From an uncultured Candidatus Saccharimonas sp. (GTDB lineage Bacteria; Patescibacteriota; Saccharimonadia; Saccharimonadales; Saccharimonadaceae), in assembly GCA_963528875.1 (NCBI GenBank), contig CAURWT010000002.1, positions 60,001 to 92,000 of the forward strand: DNA of 32,000 bases. The letters run 5' to 3'. Shown here piece after piece: positions 13,937 through 23,979 of this stretch (its first letter is position 1; each line of letters starts with the position of its first letter). The notes under the pieces were generated by a model, which worked only from the letters and a program-made list of their open reading frames with translations, ran no database searches and had not been told where the DNA came from. A program made the translations under genes and the position numbers.

Positions 13937-15337
13937 ATGCTAAAATTCTACAATACGCCAAATCGAAAACTTGAAGAATTCCACCCAATAAACTCAAAAA
14001 ATGTTAAAATTTACACTTGCGGGCCAACAGTTTACGCCAGCCCACACATTGGCAACTGGGTAGCATTTATCTATTGGGATATTTTAGTTCGAACTTTACG
14101 CTTGAACGGTTATAATGTTACTCGCACGATGAATATCACTGATGTTGGACATTTAGTTAGCGATGAAGATGATGGCGAAGACAAGCTAGAAAAAGGTGCA
14201 AGGCGAGAAGGGAAAACGGCTTGGGAAGTTGCTGAATTTTATACGGCAGAATTTTTGAATGGAATGCGAGAGCTCAATTTAATTAAACCCGAGAATCTTT
14301 CGAAAGCTACCGATTTTATCCCTGAACAAATTAAAATTATTGAAGAACTTTCGAAAAAAGGTTTTACTTATGAGACCAGTGATGGAATTTATTTCGATAC
14401 AGCAAAATTCCCTCGTTATGCTAATTTTGCACATCTCGACTTAGATAATTTAAAAGCTGGCGCACGCGTAAATTTCAACCCTGAAAAGCGAAATTTAAGC
14501 GATTTTGCACTTTGGAAATGGTCGCCAGAAGGCCAAAAACGCGACATGGAATGGGAATTTCGTGGAAGGATGGGTTTTCCTGGTTGGCATTTGGAATGCT
14601 CGGCGATTGCGATTAATACTTTAGGTGAAACGATTGACATTCACACTGGCGGAATTGACCATATCCCAGTTCATCATACAGATGAGATTGCTCAAAGTGA
14701 AACTTTCACAGGTAAGACTTTTTCGAATTATTGGCTGCATTGTAATCATATGAAAAGTGAAGGGCAAAAAATTTCAAAATCACTTGGTAATGGCTTTAAC
14801 CTTGAAGAGCTGAAATCTCGCGGATTTTCGCCAATAGATTTCAAAATGTTTGTTTTACAAAGCCAATATCAAACCGAAAGTAACTTTAATTTTGAAAGCC
14901 TTCAAGCAGCTAAGAATCGGCTCAAAAATTGGCAAAACGTTGCAAATATGCGTTGGCAAATTAAAGGAAGCGAAGGGGAAATTCCAAGCCTTGCTGCTAA
15001 AAATGTAATTCTTGAAGAGATTAATGAAAATCTTGACACGCCAAAAGCTTTGGCAAAAATTGATGAGGTTTTTAGTGAAATAATTAAAGCAAACCTCAAA
15101 AAACTAAATCACCAAAACTTAATTGAACTTTTAGAATTTATAGACGACCTTTTGGGACTAAATCTACTTGGTTCAACGCCAGATATTCCAGACGAAATTA
15201 AACAAAAGATTATCAAAAGAAATGCGGCTCGCGCTGGAAAAGATTGGGCGAAAAGCGACAAAATTCGCGATGAATTGCTTTCGAAAAATATTGTTTTACG
15301 CGATACGCCAAAAAAGAGTTTTTGGGAATATAAATAA
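13937..15337 (+). CDS. cysS: cysteine--tRNA ligase
   Basis: Class I motifs HIGN (PHIGNWVAF) and KMSKS (KISKS), plus TCGPTVYA, GWHLECSA and the DHIPVHHTDEIAQSE core. Confidence 0.95.
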   Translation: MLKFYNTPNRKLEEFHPINSKNVKIYTCGPTVYASPHIGNWVAFIYWDILVRTLRLNGYNVTRTMNITDVGHLVSDEDDGEDKLEKGARREGKTAWEVAEFYTAEFLNGMRELNLIKPENLSKATDFIPEQIKIIEELSKKGFTYETSDGIYFDTAKFPRYANFAHLDLDNLKAGARVNFNPEKRNLSDFALWKWSPEGQKRDMEWEFRGRMGFPGWHLECSAIAINTLGETIDIHTGGIDHIPVHHTDEIAQSETFTGKTFSNYWLHCNHMKSEGQKISKSLGNGFNLEELKSRGFSPIDFKMFVLQSQYQTESNFNFESLQAAKNRLKNWQNVANMRWQIKGSEGEIPSLAAKNVILEEINENLDTPKALAKIDEVFSEIIKANLKKLNHQNLIELLEFIDDLLGLNLLGSTPDIPDEIKQKIIKRNAARAGKDWAKSDKIRDELLSKNIVLRDTPKKSFWEYK

Positions 15338-15339
15338 TA

Positions 15340-15370
15340 AAAATCAGCCTTCAAACTTTAGGCTGATTTT
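15340..15370. terminator. bidirectional terminator between the convergent cysS and AI-2E transporter genes
   Basis: AAAATCAGCC-ttcaaacttt-AGGCTGATTTT. Confidence 0.7.
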
Positions 15371-15382
15371 ATTATTTGTTTT

Positions 15383-16519
15383 TTAATTGCTAATTTTCTT
15401 AAGAAGTTCAACAAATTTTTCTGAGTTTTCTTCACGCGTGCGGCGTTTTCGAGATTTCAATTGTTCTTGAACGAGAATTTTTATGCAAGCTGCTAAAGGA
15501 ATTGCAAGTAGTGCTCCAAGTAGGCCAAAAGCATAAACGCCAATTGTAAGGGCCACAAAAATTATTAGCGCCGAGAGCTGATTGTTTCGAGCTTGAATCA
15601 TTGGTGAAATTACATTATTTTCAACTTGCTGGTAAATTAAGAAATAAATTAGGAAGAACAATCCCGCAGTTGGAGCATTTAATCCTAAAATTACGGCGGA
15701 AAGCAACCCAGCAATTGTGGCGCCAACCATAGGAATCATTCCGAAAATGAAGAGTAAAACTGCAATTGGCGGAACTAAGGCGATCGGTAATCCAAAAATT
15801 AACGCTAAAATTGCTGTCGCAATCGAACCACAAGTTGCACTAATTGAACAAATTGTAACAATACTTGAAACATAGCCTGAAACCGTTCCATACATTCGTG
15901 AAAGAATCCTACGGTGATCTTTTTCGAGCATTTTATCTGTGTAAAAAACTTTAAAGATTTTATCTATTAAGTCTGGTCCTTCAACGAGCATTAGAAACGC
16001 CATCGCAAGAATCATAAACAGAGAAATAAGCCAACCAACAATTGAAGCGATACTTCCAAAGAAGAAGTCGCCAAGCTTTGAAACTGAAGAATTGATTGAT
16101 CGCGTAATTGAATCAACTGCTTGCGAAATCATTCCTTCAAGATGGTTTTCAACAATAAATCTGCGGATTCCAGATTCCTCGCCGGTATAATTTTTCACAA
16201 TTTGTGGTAAATCTTTCGAAAAATGTTTAACTTGGTCAGCAATAATCGGCGTAAGAAGTGAAATTAACGCACCCAAAATTAGAACAATTGTAAGATATGC
16301 AACCGCAGTCGCCGCCACGCGGTTTTTATTTGAACCGGGTAAAATTTTTGTAATTCTTGCTACCGGATCATTTAGAGCAAGGGCCAAAAAGGCCGCAATT
16401 ATTATCATAATTAGAACGTCTTTTGCAACCCAAATTAATCCTGCAAAAATAATAAAACCAAAAATCACTAGCCAAAAGCGAATTAGTGTTTTTGTATCGA
16501 TTTCAATTTTAACTTTCAT
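15383..16519 (-). CDS. AI-2E family transporter (PerM/YhhT-like permease)
   Basis: 378 aa with ~8 TM segments. The C-terminal pattern ([10 protein letters not shown]...[16 protein letters not shown]...[11 protein letters not shown]...[13 protein letters not shown]) is typical of the family. Confidence 0.85.
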   Translation of the reverse strand: MKVKIEIDTKTLIRFWLVIFGFIIFAGLIWVAKDVLIMIIIAAFLALALNDPVARITKILPGSNKNRVAATAVAYLTIVLILGALISLLTPIIADQVKHFSKDLPQIVKNYTGEESGIRRFIVENHLEGMISQAVDSITRSINSSVSKLGDFFFGSIASIVGWLISLFMILAMAFLMLVEGPDLIDKIFKVFYTDKMLEKDHRRILSRMYGTVSGYVSSIVTICSISATCGSIATAILALIFGLPIALVPPIAVLLFIFGMIPMVGATIAGLLSAVILGLNAPTAGLFFLIYFLIYQQVENNVISPMIQARNNQLSALIIFVALTIGVYAFGLLGALLAIPLAACIKILVQEQLKSRKRRTREENSEKFVELLKKISN

Positions 16520-16526
16520 AAAAATA

Positions 16527-16535
16527 ATTATATCA
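16527..16535 (-). promoter_or_regulatory. extended -10 (TGATATAAT) 7 nt before the AI-2E transporter ATG; leaderless-type
   Basis: The reverse complement of 16527-16535 is TGATATAAT. The ATG is at 16519. Confidence 0.55.
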
Positions 16536-16566
16536 TATTTTTTAAGTTTTCGAAAGTTAGTTTTTG

Positions 16567-16575
16567 TGTTATACT
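16567..16575 (+). promoter_or_regulatory. extended -10 (TGtTATACT) 7 nt before the dus ATG; leaderless-type
   Basis: TG at 16567-16568 and TATACT at 16570-16575, with ATG at 16583. Confidence 0.55.
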
Positions 16576-16582
16576 ATTATCT

Positions 16583-17593
16583 ATGAAAAGTGAATTTTGG
16601 AATAAAATTATTGAATCAACTGGCGAAGAAAACGGTAAAAAACTACCATTTTTCTCGTTAGCGCCAATGGAAGCCGTGACTGATGTAGTTTTTCGACACG
16701 TAGTTTCAAAGGCAGCCCGACCAGATATTTTTTATACCGAATTCACTAATTCTTCAAGTTTCGCCAGTCCAAAAGGAATCCATAGCACACGCGGGCGATT
16801 GACCTTCACACCAGACGAGCAACCAATTATTGCTCAAATTTGGGGTTCACGCCCAGACGATATTAAATTTATGTGCGAAAAACTGCCAGAACTTGGGTAT
16901 CAAGCGATTGATGTCAATATGGGTTGCCCAGATAAGGCTGTAATTAAGAGTGGTGGCGGAAGTGATTTAATTCGAAACCCTGAGCTTGCTGCCGAAATCA
17001 TCAAAAACGCAAAAGCCAGCGGTTTGCCAATTTCAGTAAAAACGCGACTTGGTTTCTCTAAAGTGGAGGAGTGGAAAGATTGGCTCAAATTTTTGTTAGA
17101 GCAAGAAATTGCAGTTCTAACAATTCATCTTCGAACAAAGAAAGAAATGAGTAAAGTTCCAGCGCATTTTGAATTGATTCCTGAGATCTTAGAGCTACGC
17201 GATGAAATTGCGCCAGAAACCCTAATTCAAATTAATGGCGACATTAAAACTCGCGAGCAAGGCTTGGAACTTTGGCGAAAATTCCCAAAAATTGATGGAA
17301 TTATGATTGGCCGTGGCGTTTTTGAAAACCCATTTTGTTTTGAAAAAAATCAGCCAGAAACCGCTCGAACTTCAAGTGGCTATTTAGACCTGCTCGAACT
17401 TCAACTTGATTTATTCGAAAAATATTCTCGCGAGCTTGAAAAACGCCGTTTTGAGCCTTTAAAGCGATTTTTCAAAATTTATGTGCGAGAATTTGCTGGC
17501 GCGAGTGAACTTCGGGCAAAATTAATGGAAACAAAATCAGTTGATGAAGTTCGTGAAATTTTGAAGGATTTTCGAAATGCCACGCAAAAATAA
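16583..17593 (+). CDS. tRNA-dihydrouridine synthase (Dus family)
   Basis: [28 protein letters not shown] and LTIHLRT motifs of the Dus TIM barrel. Confidence 0.9.
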   Translation: MKSEFWNKIIESTGEENGKKLPFFSLAPMEAVTDVVFRHVVSKAARPDIFYTEFTNSSSFASPKGIHSTRGRLTFTPDEQPIIAQIWGSRPDDIKFMCEKLPELGYQAIDVNMGCPDKAVIKSGGGSDLIRNPELAAEIIKNAKASGLPISVKTRLGFSKVEEWKDWLKFLLEQEIAVLTIHLRTKKEMSKVPAHFELIPEILELRDEIAPETLIQINGDIKTREQGLELWRKFPKIDGIMIGRGVFENPFCFEKNQPETARTSSGYLDLLELQLDLFEKYSRELEKRRFEPLKRFFKIYVREFAGASELRAKLMETKSVDEVREILKDFRNATQK

Positions 17594-17774
17594 TAAACAG
17601 AAAGTGAAGTTTGAACGTTTCGAAATGCAGCTTTCAAGCTCAAAAAAGAAGAGGTACGCTTCAAAGTTCGAAGCCGAGAAAGCTGCGAATTATTTGATGA
17701 CAATGGATTTTTCACTTGAACTTAAAGTTTATCAAGATTTAGATGGCGGATGGTATTTGACCAAGAAAATTTAA
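17577..17774 (+). CDS. small basic hypothetical protein, 65 aa
   Basis: ORF from the track whose ATG overlaps the last 17 nt of dus. The C-terminus is [16 protein letters not shown]. No family assigned. Confidence 0.4.
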   Translation: MPRKNNKQKVKFERFEMQLSSSKKKRYASKFEAEKAANYLMTMDFSLELKVYQDLDGGWYLTKKI

Positions 17775-17810
17775 TATTTTGTAAATTTTAATGATTTTTT
17801 AAGCTTTTTA

Positions 17811-17819
17811 TGCTAAAAT
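17811..17819 (+). promoter_or_regulatory. extended -10 (TGcTAAAAT) 6 nt before the glutaredoxin-like ATG; leaderless-type
   Basis: TG at 17811-17812 and TAAAAT at 17814-17819, with ATG at 17826. Confidence 0.5.
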
Positions 17820-17825
17820 ATATTT

Positions 17826-18077
17826 ATGGATAAAAAAGTTATTGTTTACTCAACAAGCTGGTGTGGATTTTGCTCGGCTGAAAAAGACTGGCTTGAACAC
17901 AACGGTGTGAAATTCGAAGCTAAAGATATTGAAGAAGATGCTGAAGCTCGCGATGAGCTCCTTGCAAAAATGGGTGGGGAATTCCGTGGCGTGCCAGTGA
18001 CGGATATAAATGGCGAAATTGTACTCGGTTTTGATCGCGCAAAACTTTCAAAATTGCTTGACATTAAACGATTTTAA
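17826..18077 (+). CDS. glutaredoxin-like protein (NrdH/YruB-type thioredoxin fold, CGFC active site)
   Basis: 83 aa: VIVYSTSWCGFCSAEKDWL...GVPVTDINGEIVLGFD. Confidence 0.85.
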   Translation: MDKKVIVYSTSWCGFCSAEKDWLEHNGVKFEAKDIEEDAEARDELLAKMGGEFRGVPVTDINGEIVLGFDRAKLSKLLDIKRF

Positions 18078-18092
18078 CTGAAAAATTAATTT

Positions 18093-18127
18093 GTAGTGAA
18101 GGGCTGAACTTTCGCTACTTTTTTTAA
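18093..18127. terminator. bidirectional terminator (hairpin plus T7A7)
   Basis: GTAGTGAA / TTCGCTAC stem followed by TTTTTTTAAAAAAA, between convergent genes. Confidence 0.6.
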
Positions 18128-18157
18128 AAAAACCCATATCAAGAACTATTTCTACTT

Positions 18158-19852
18158 TTAATTTTGACGAATTTCTACAGTCTGAAAATCTTTTTGTGTC
18201 GATTCCATTACTTTTCGAAAATAATCATCATGGCTCACAAAAATAATCGCACCCGAATAATTCTTCAAAGCTCGTTCAAGCTCTTCAATACTAGGCAAAT
18301 CTAAGTGCGAAGTCGGCTCATCTAAAATCAAAATTTGCGGCTCGTTCGAAAGCATTTTAATCAACTGAAAACGCGCCTTTTGACCGCCAGAAAGTTCACG
18401 GATAGGCGTTTCGAAATCTTCAGTAGAAAAGAGATATTGGTGCAAAATTCGGTAAATTTTTTCCTCCGTGATTGAAATATTTTGGTCAAGGTAGATTTTC
18501 TCAATTGCATCTTTTAAATTCATCTTAAAAAACTCAGAATCAATTTCTTGGCTGTAAATTCCAATTCTCGCCGTCTCATCAAGAAAAATCTTACCATCGT
18601 AGATTTCCGCTTTTTCATTTTCTGCGCCAAAAATCGTTTTAATTAAGCTGGTTTTTCCAACACCATTTCGGCCAAAAATCTCCAAAATACCACCAACTTT
18701 TAAATCAAAATTTACATTTTCAAAAAGAATTTTTGCACCATTTTTATTTTCAAGTGCGTCTTCAAGCGAACCATAGCCGAGTGCAAGATTTTCCGCCCGC
18801 ACCAAACTCCGCACCGAACGCGTTTCTTCATTTTTAATACCAATTTTAACATTTTTGGCCTTAAATTTTTGATAAGATTTTGCCGCCTTAAAACCTAGAT
18901 TTTCAACATTTGCTTGATCAATCCAAAAACTTGGTTTTTCAATCAGCTCCAGATCCGCGAGCTCTTCGCGCGATTTATTTTCTAGCCGCTTAAACCGTTG
19001 AATAGTACTAGGATCGCGAGCCTTTTCCTTCATCCGTTGATATTCACGAATTTTATCTTTCAAATTTGCAATTCGGTGCTGAATACTTTCGAAATCTTGA
19101 ATTTGATTGGTTGTCGAAAACATATTTGCTCGCAAATAATCGTCATAATTTCCTTTAAAAATATAAGTTTTACCGTCGCGAATTTCAATAATTCTATCAA
19201 CTTTCGAAAGTACATCACGGTCGTGCGTAATTACTAAAACCGCCTCGCTAGAATTCTTCATCCAGTTTAAAAAACGATTCTTTGCGTGCGAATCCATAAA
19301 GTTAGTTGGCTCATCAACGAGCGCCAAATCAGCTTTCGAATGGATAATTTTAATCGTATCAACTAAACGTTTCTGACCGCCCGAAAGTGTTTTCATTTGG
19401 TGATTCTCAAAACCGCTGAGGCCAAAATCGCGAAGTTCGGCTTTAATCTTATCTTCAATAAAGTGGAAATTTTTCTCTTGAAAGCGATTCAAAGCATCAG
19501 TATATTTTTCGATCAGCTCCATGTTTTCGCCCATTTTTTCAGGAAGTTCACGCAAAAGTTTCGAAAGGCGAGCATATTCCGGCAGGTCATTCAAAATAAA
19601 ATCAAGCACAGTTTGCTTGCCAACGCTGGAATATTCTTGTTGCGTGCTAGCAATAATTGAACCTTTTCGAAAAATCACTTCACCCGAAAAATCTTGGTCT
19701 CGGCCAAGCAAAATGCCAAAAAGCGTGGATTTTCCAATTCCATTTCTCCCAATTAAACCAACTTTTTCGCCCTCATCAATACTGAATTTTATGTTCTGAA
19801 GAAGTTGCTTGTTGCCAAAAGATTTTTCAGTAATTTCTACACTAATAATCAT
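18158..19852 (-). CDS. ABC-F family ATPase (two ABC domains, no TM domain)
   Basis: GRNGIGKST / LSGGQKRL / LALVDEPTN, then GRNGVGKTS / LSGGQKARF / ILILDEPTSHLD, with a charged interdomain linker. Confidence 0.9.
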   Translation of the reverse strand: MIISVEITEKSFGNKQLLQNIKFSIDEGEKVGLIGRNGIGKSTLFGILLGRDQDFSGEVIFRKGSIIASTQQEYSSVGKQTVLDFILNDLPEYARLSKLLRELPEKMGENMELIEKYTDALNRFQEKNFHFIEDKIKAELRDFGLSGFENHQMKTLSGGQKRLVDTIKIIHSKADLALVDEPTNFMDSHAKNRFLNWMKNSSEAVLVITHDRDVLSKVDRIIEIRDGKTYIFKGNYDDYLRANMFSTTNQIQDFESIQHRIANLKDKIREYQRMKEKARDPSTIQRFKRLENKSREELADLELIEKPSFWIDQANVENLGFKAAKSYQKFKAKNVKIGIKNEETRSVRSLVRAENLALGYGSLEDALENKNGAKILFENVNFDLKVGGILEIFGRNGVGKTSLIKTIFGAENEKAEIYDGKIFLDETARIGIYSQEIDSEFFKMNLKDAIEKIYLDQNISITEEKIYRILHQYLFSTEDFETPIRELSGGQKARFQLIKMLSNEPQILILDEPTSHLDLPSIEELERALKNYSGAIIFVSHDDYFRKVMESTQKDFQTVEIRQN

Positions 19853-19853
19853 A

Positions 19854-21164
19854 TTATTTCTTTAATTTTCGCGAGAGTTTTTCGAACCAATTTCGCGGTT
19901 CTTGTTTTTTCTTTTCGATCACAAAATTATAAATTTCTTCAAATTTCGAAATTGTAAAATTCAAATCGTGTTTTTTAATAATTTCAAGTCCAGTTTTTGA
20001 AAAATCTGCCGCAAGCTTTCTATCGTTTAAAATCTTCGAAATGCTTTCAGAAATTTGTTCAATATTATCAGTTTCACACAAAAAACCATTCACACCATCT
20101 TGACAGATTTCTTTAACCGCACCAACATCAACACCAATCACGGGTTTACCGCAAGCTGCAGCTTCAAGAAAAACAATTCCCTGAGTTTCAGTTGGGCTGG
20201 CTGACACAAACACGCTAGCCGCACGGTGAAAATTCACCAAATCTTCGCCAAGTTGCGTACCCATAAAGCGAACATTTTTCGAAATTCCTAATTTATAAAC
20301 CAAATTCTCAAGGTTCGGACGATCGGTACCATCACCGACAATCACGAGCTGAGCTTTTTTGTTATTTTTTAATACTTCATTAAATGCCAAAATCAAGGTT
20401 GAAATATGCTTTTCGGCATCAACGCGACCAATATTCATTACAATCGGTGAACTTTGAACTAAATCAAATTTTTTAAAAAATTCCTTTGGTGGTTTTTCGG
20501 GAGTAAATCGACTTAGGTCAATACCATTCGAAACAGCCTCGATTGGCATTTTAGCTTTTTCTGGATTTCGAAAATGCCTTTCAATTGCTTGCTGAGTTGG
20601 CATTGTAGCATAATCTGCTTGAAGCGCAAAGCGTTTAGTATAAAGCAAAACAGTACGATTAATAATCGGCGATAGTGGTGCAAGCATTTTTAAATTATCG
20701 AATAAGTTCTCGGGGCTAGAATGATTAGTAATAACTACTGGAATATTATGCTTTCGCGAAAAATCGATCATTGCTTGACCAACAAAAAGTTGCAATTGAA
20801 TATGCGAAACATTTGGCATAAAATTATTTTCTTTGCAAAATTTGCGGATTTCACGGATTGGCAAAAGTGAAAGTCGATAACCATTATGAAGATAAATTCG
20901 CGGAATAGTAATTCGGCCACCAGCAATTTTGCGAGGCTCAGGCAGAGTTTCAGTTTGATTCGGGTAAAAAGGGAAGTTGGTCGAACTTAAACGAACTACG
21001 CGGTAGCCGTCTACTTTTTCGATATAATATTCACCAGTCTGGCTTGGCGCAAAAACCACAACTTCGTGGCCACGAGCTGTCATTTGTTCGGCTAAATTTT
21101 TCGAAAAGACCGAAATTCCGTTAATCATCGGCCAGAATAAATCAGATGCAATTGCAATTTTCAT
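19854..21164 (-). CDS. GT4 family glycosyltransferase (GT-B fold)
   Basis: The start MKIAIASDLFWPMINGISVF is typical of the family, and the C-terminal E..G....EA.A.G.PV motif (TETQGIVFLEAAACGKPVIG) is present. ATG 21164 is preferred over the track start 21200 because TGATATAAT lies 7 nt upstream. The stop lies 1 nt from the ABC-F ATG. Confidence 0.85.
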   Translation of the reverse strand: MKIAIASDLFWPMINGISVFSKNLAEQMTARGHEVVVFAPSQTGEYYIEKVDGYRVVRLSSTNFPFYPNQTETLPEPRKIAGGRITIPRIYLHNGYRLSLLPIREIRKFCKENNFMPNVSHIQLQLFVGQAMIDFSRKHNIPVVITNHSSPENLFDNLKMLAPLSPIINRTVLLYTKRFALQADYATMPTQQAIERHFRNPEKAKMPIEAVSNGIDLSRFTPEKPPKEFFKKFDLVQSSPIVMNIGRVDAEKHISTLILAFNEVLKNNKKAQLVIVGDGTDRPNLENLVYKLGISKNVRFMGTQLGEDLVNFHRAASVFVSASPTETQGIVFLEAAACGKPVIGVDVGAVKEICQDGVNGFLCETDNIEQISESISKILNDRKLAADFSKTGLEIIKKHDLNFTISKFEEIYNFVIEKKKQEPRNWFEKLSRKLKK

Positions 21165-21171
21165 AAGCTTG

Positions 21172-21180
21172 ATTATATCA
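21172..21180 (-). promoter_or_regulatory. extended -10 (TGATATAAT) 7 nt before the GT4 ATG; leaderless-type
   Basis: The reverse complement of 21172-21180 is TGATATAAT. Confidence 0.55.
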
Positions 21181-21382
21181 GATTTCGCAGCAGATTTCAA
21201 ACCAAATTAGTTATGCTTAAAAATTCAAAATAACTTTTAATCGTTTCTAGTTAGATGCGTGGAAGCGTTGCGATTAACTTATATTTTTATTTTTAATTAA
21301 AAACAATTTTCTTTATAAAAAATCTGGAACTCTGTCAAATTATAAAATTATAATTTTAAAATTTGCAGAAAAACTTTGAAAG

Positions 21383-21391
21383 TGTTAAAAT
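21383..21391 (+). promoter_or_regulatory. extended -10 (TGtTAAAAT) 11 nt before the topA ATG; no SD
   Basis: TG at 21383-21384 and TAAAAT at 21386-21391, with ATG at 21403. Confidence 0.5.
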
Positions 21392-21402
21392 AAGTTAAGC
21401 TT

Positions 21403-23775
21403 ATGAAGAATTTAGTAATCGTAGAGAGCCCCGCCAAGGCTAAAACTATTGAAAAATATCTCGGCAAAGATTTTACAGTAATGTCCAGTGTTGGTCATAT
21501 TCGCCAGATTGCCAAAAAAAATAAAGACGGTGGCCGACCAATTGAAACAAACAATAAATATAAAATCACTTTTGAAGTTGATCCCGGCAAGAAAAAAGTT
21601 GTTACGGAGCTTCGAAAAGCCGTTAAGGCCGCCGAAGAAGTTTGGCTTGCAACAGATGAAGACCGCGAAGGTGAAGCAATTGCATGGCACCTTTGCGAAG
21701 TTCTGAAATTAAACCCAAAAACTACCAAGCGAATTGTTTTTCACGAAATTACTAAAAATGCAATTGAAGAGGCAATTAAAAATCCACGAAAAATTGATAT
21801 GAAAATGGTCGAAGCTCAACAAACTCGCCAAACTTTAGACTGGCTGGTTGGTTTTGATCTGAGTCCTGTTGTGTGGCGAAAAGTTCCCGGTGGTAAAAGT
21901 GCTGGCCGCGTGCAGAGCCCAGCAGTTAGATTACTCGTGGAGCGAGAGCGCGAAATTGAAAAATTCGGCGCAAAAAGTTCGTTCAAAATTACTGGGGAGT
22001 TTTTTGTTCCGAGCTCAGGTGAAATCTTAAAAGCTGAGCTTAATAAAAAATTCGAAAGTGAAAAAGCTGCCACTGATTTTCTTGAAAGCTTAAAAAATGC
22101 GAATTTTAAAGTGGCAAATATTTCAAAAACTCCCGGAACTCGCAACCCAAGTGCGCCTTTTACCACTTCAACCCTTCAGCAAGAAGCTAACGCACGGCTT
22201 GGATTTTCGGCCAAAAGTACAATGGCTGCCGCACAAAAGCTTTACCAATCTGGAAAAATTACCTACATGCGAACCGATAGTGTAAATTTGAGTGGATTTG
22301 CAATTAAATCTAGTGAAGAATTTATTAAGAAAACTTTCGGTGAAAAATATCACAAAGCACGCAATTTTGCCACAAAATCGGCCGCAGCACAAGAAGCGCA
22401 CGAAGCAATTCGGCCAACCGTAATAGCAAATGAAAAAGTTTCAACCAGCCAAGATTTACAAAAGATTTATACACTGATTCGAAACCGCACGCTTGCCAGC
22501 CAAATGACACCAGCGCAAATCGAAAAAACCACTATCAAAATTGAAATTTCTGGTCAAGAAAATTATTTTGAAGCCAAAGGTGAAGTGGTTGTTTTTGACG
22601 GATTTTTGAAAGTTTATTCAAACGGAAAGAAAGATGAATTCTTGCCAGAACTTACAAATGGCGACAATTTAAATTTTAATGAAATTATCGCAAAAGAAGT
22701 CTTCTCTCGTCCACCGGCGCGCTACACCGAAGGCTCTCTTGTTAAAAAACTTGAAGATCTCGGAATTGGCCGCCCATCAACTTATGCTACAATTTTGGAT
22801 ACAATTCAAGCTCGCGGCTATGCTTTGAAAGGTGAAGGCGAAGGAAATCCACGCGATGTGATTCAAATTTCACTTTCGAAAAACCAAATTAACCGCGAAG
22901 TCATTCAAGAAAAAACTGGTTCAACTAAAGGAAAACTACTGCCCACTGCAAGCGGCGAGGTTTTGAGTGATTTTCTAAACGATTATTTTAATCAGGTTGT
23001 TGATTATGGCTGGACGGCAAACCTCGAGAATGATTTCGACAAAATTGCTTTAGGAGAAGAAGATCGTCTTGAAGTGCTTGACGATTTCTATAAACCATTT
23101 CATAAATTAATTATGGATTCAGGCGAAATCGACCGCAACGCTGTAGCACCCGCTCGTGAAATTGGAGTTGATCCAAAAACTGGACGAAAAGTTTTTGCAC
23201 GATTCGGTCGTTTTGGTCCAATGATTCAGCTTGGCGATAATAAAGTTGAGGGCGAAGAAGTTAAATTTGCACCAATGCCAGCTGGCGAAAAAATTGAGAC
23301 AGTTTCACTTGAGAATGCTTTAAAAATGTTCCTTTTGCCACGAAAAGTTGGCAAAACTGAGGACGGCAAAGAAATTATAGCCAATATCGGTCAATATGGC
23401 CCATATATCAAGATTGAAAATACTTTCGTAAGTATTAAGCCGATGTCTCCTTTCGAAATTACCGAAACTGAAGCGCAGATGCTTTACGAAGAAAAGCTGA
23501 AGGCTGATGAAAAGCGAATTTTAAAGAAATTCAAAAACGGAATTACAATTTCTCGTGGCGGATTCGGAAGAAAATATATTACTGATAACGAAATTAAAGC
23601 AATTCTGCCAAAAGATTTAGACATTGAAAAAATTACTGAAAAACAAGCCAGTGAATTAATTGAAGTTGCAAAATCTCGAAAATCTGGCAAAAAAACTACA
23701 ACTAGAAAATCGACTAAACAAAAAATAGCTTCAAAAAATACTAAAAAATCCGTTTCGAAAACAAAAAAATCTTAA
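21403..23775 (+). CDS. topA: DNA topoisomerase I (type IA) with cysteine-free C-terminal repeats and a Lys-rich tail
   Basis: Toprim (LVIVESPAKAKTIEKYLG, ATDEDREGEAIAWH) and active-site region ITYMRTDS. The C-terminal GRFGPMIQLG and GQYGPYIKIE repeats lack the Zn-ribbon cysteines. The tail is KSGKKTTTRKSTKQK... Confidence 0.95.
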   Translation: MKNLVIVESPAKAKTIEKYLGKDFTVMSSVGHIRQIAKKNKDGGRPIETNNKYKITFEVDPGKKKVVTELRKAVKAAEEVWLATDEDREGEAIAWHLCEVLKLNPKTTKRIVFHEITKNAIEEAIKNPRKIDMKMVEAQQTRQTLDWLVGFDLSPVVWRKVPGGKSAGRVQSPAVRLLVEREREIEKFGAKSSFKITGEFFVPSSGEILKAELNKKFESEKAATDFLESLKNANFKVANISKTPGTRNPSAPFTTSTLQQEANARLGFSAKSTMAAAQKLYQSGKITYMRTDSVNLSGFAIKSSEEFIKKTFGEKYHKARNFATKSAAAQEAHEAIRPTVIANEKVSTSQDLQKIYTLIRNRTLASQMTPAQIEKTTIKIEISGQENYFEAKGEVVVFDGFLKVYSNGKKDEFLPELTNGDNLNFNEIIAKEVFSRPPARYTEGSLVKKLEDLGIGRPSTYATILDTIQARGYALKGEGEGNPRDVIQISLSKNQINREVIQEKTGSTKGKLLPTASGEVLSDFLNDYFNQVVDYGWTANLENDFDKIALGEEDRLEVLDDFYKPFHKLIMDSGEIDRNAVAPAREIGVDPKTGRKVFARFGRFGPMIQLGDNKVEGEEVKFAPMPAGEKIETVSLENALKMFLLPRKVGKTEDGKEIIANIGQYGPYIKIENTFVSIKPMSPFEITETEAQMLYEEKLKADEKRILKKFKNGITISRGGFGRKYITDNEIKAILPKDLDIEKITEKQASELIEVAKSRKSGKKTTTRKSTKQKIASKNTKKSVSKTKKS

Positions 23776-23812
23776 AAATAGTAGTTAATATTTTATTATA
23801 AGCGCAAGCATA

Positions 23813-23855
23813 ATGACATAAAAGTTTAAAAAATAAATTTTTATGTCATTTTTTG
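23813..23855 (+). terminator. intrinsic terminator of topA
   Basis: ATGACATAAA / TTTATGTCAT stem plus a T run. Confidence 0.65.
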
Positions 23856-23873
23856 TTGTTTTTTACAATTTTG

Positions 23874-23882
23874 TGGTATAAT
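23874..23882 (+). promoter_or_regulatory. extended -10 (TGgTATAAT) giving a ~90-nt structured leader for the 23980 gene
   Basis: TG at 23874-23875 and TATAAT at 23877-23882. Unlike most genes here, the ATG is ~97 nt away. Confidence 0.5.
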
Positions 23883-23979
23883 ATAAATAAAGAAGAGATA
23901 AATGGTATTGACAATACTCAAGTGTTATTGAAAAATAATACTTGGTTTTTATAAAGTATTAATTTTAATCAAGGGAATT

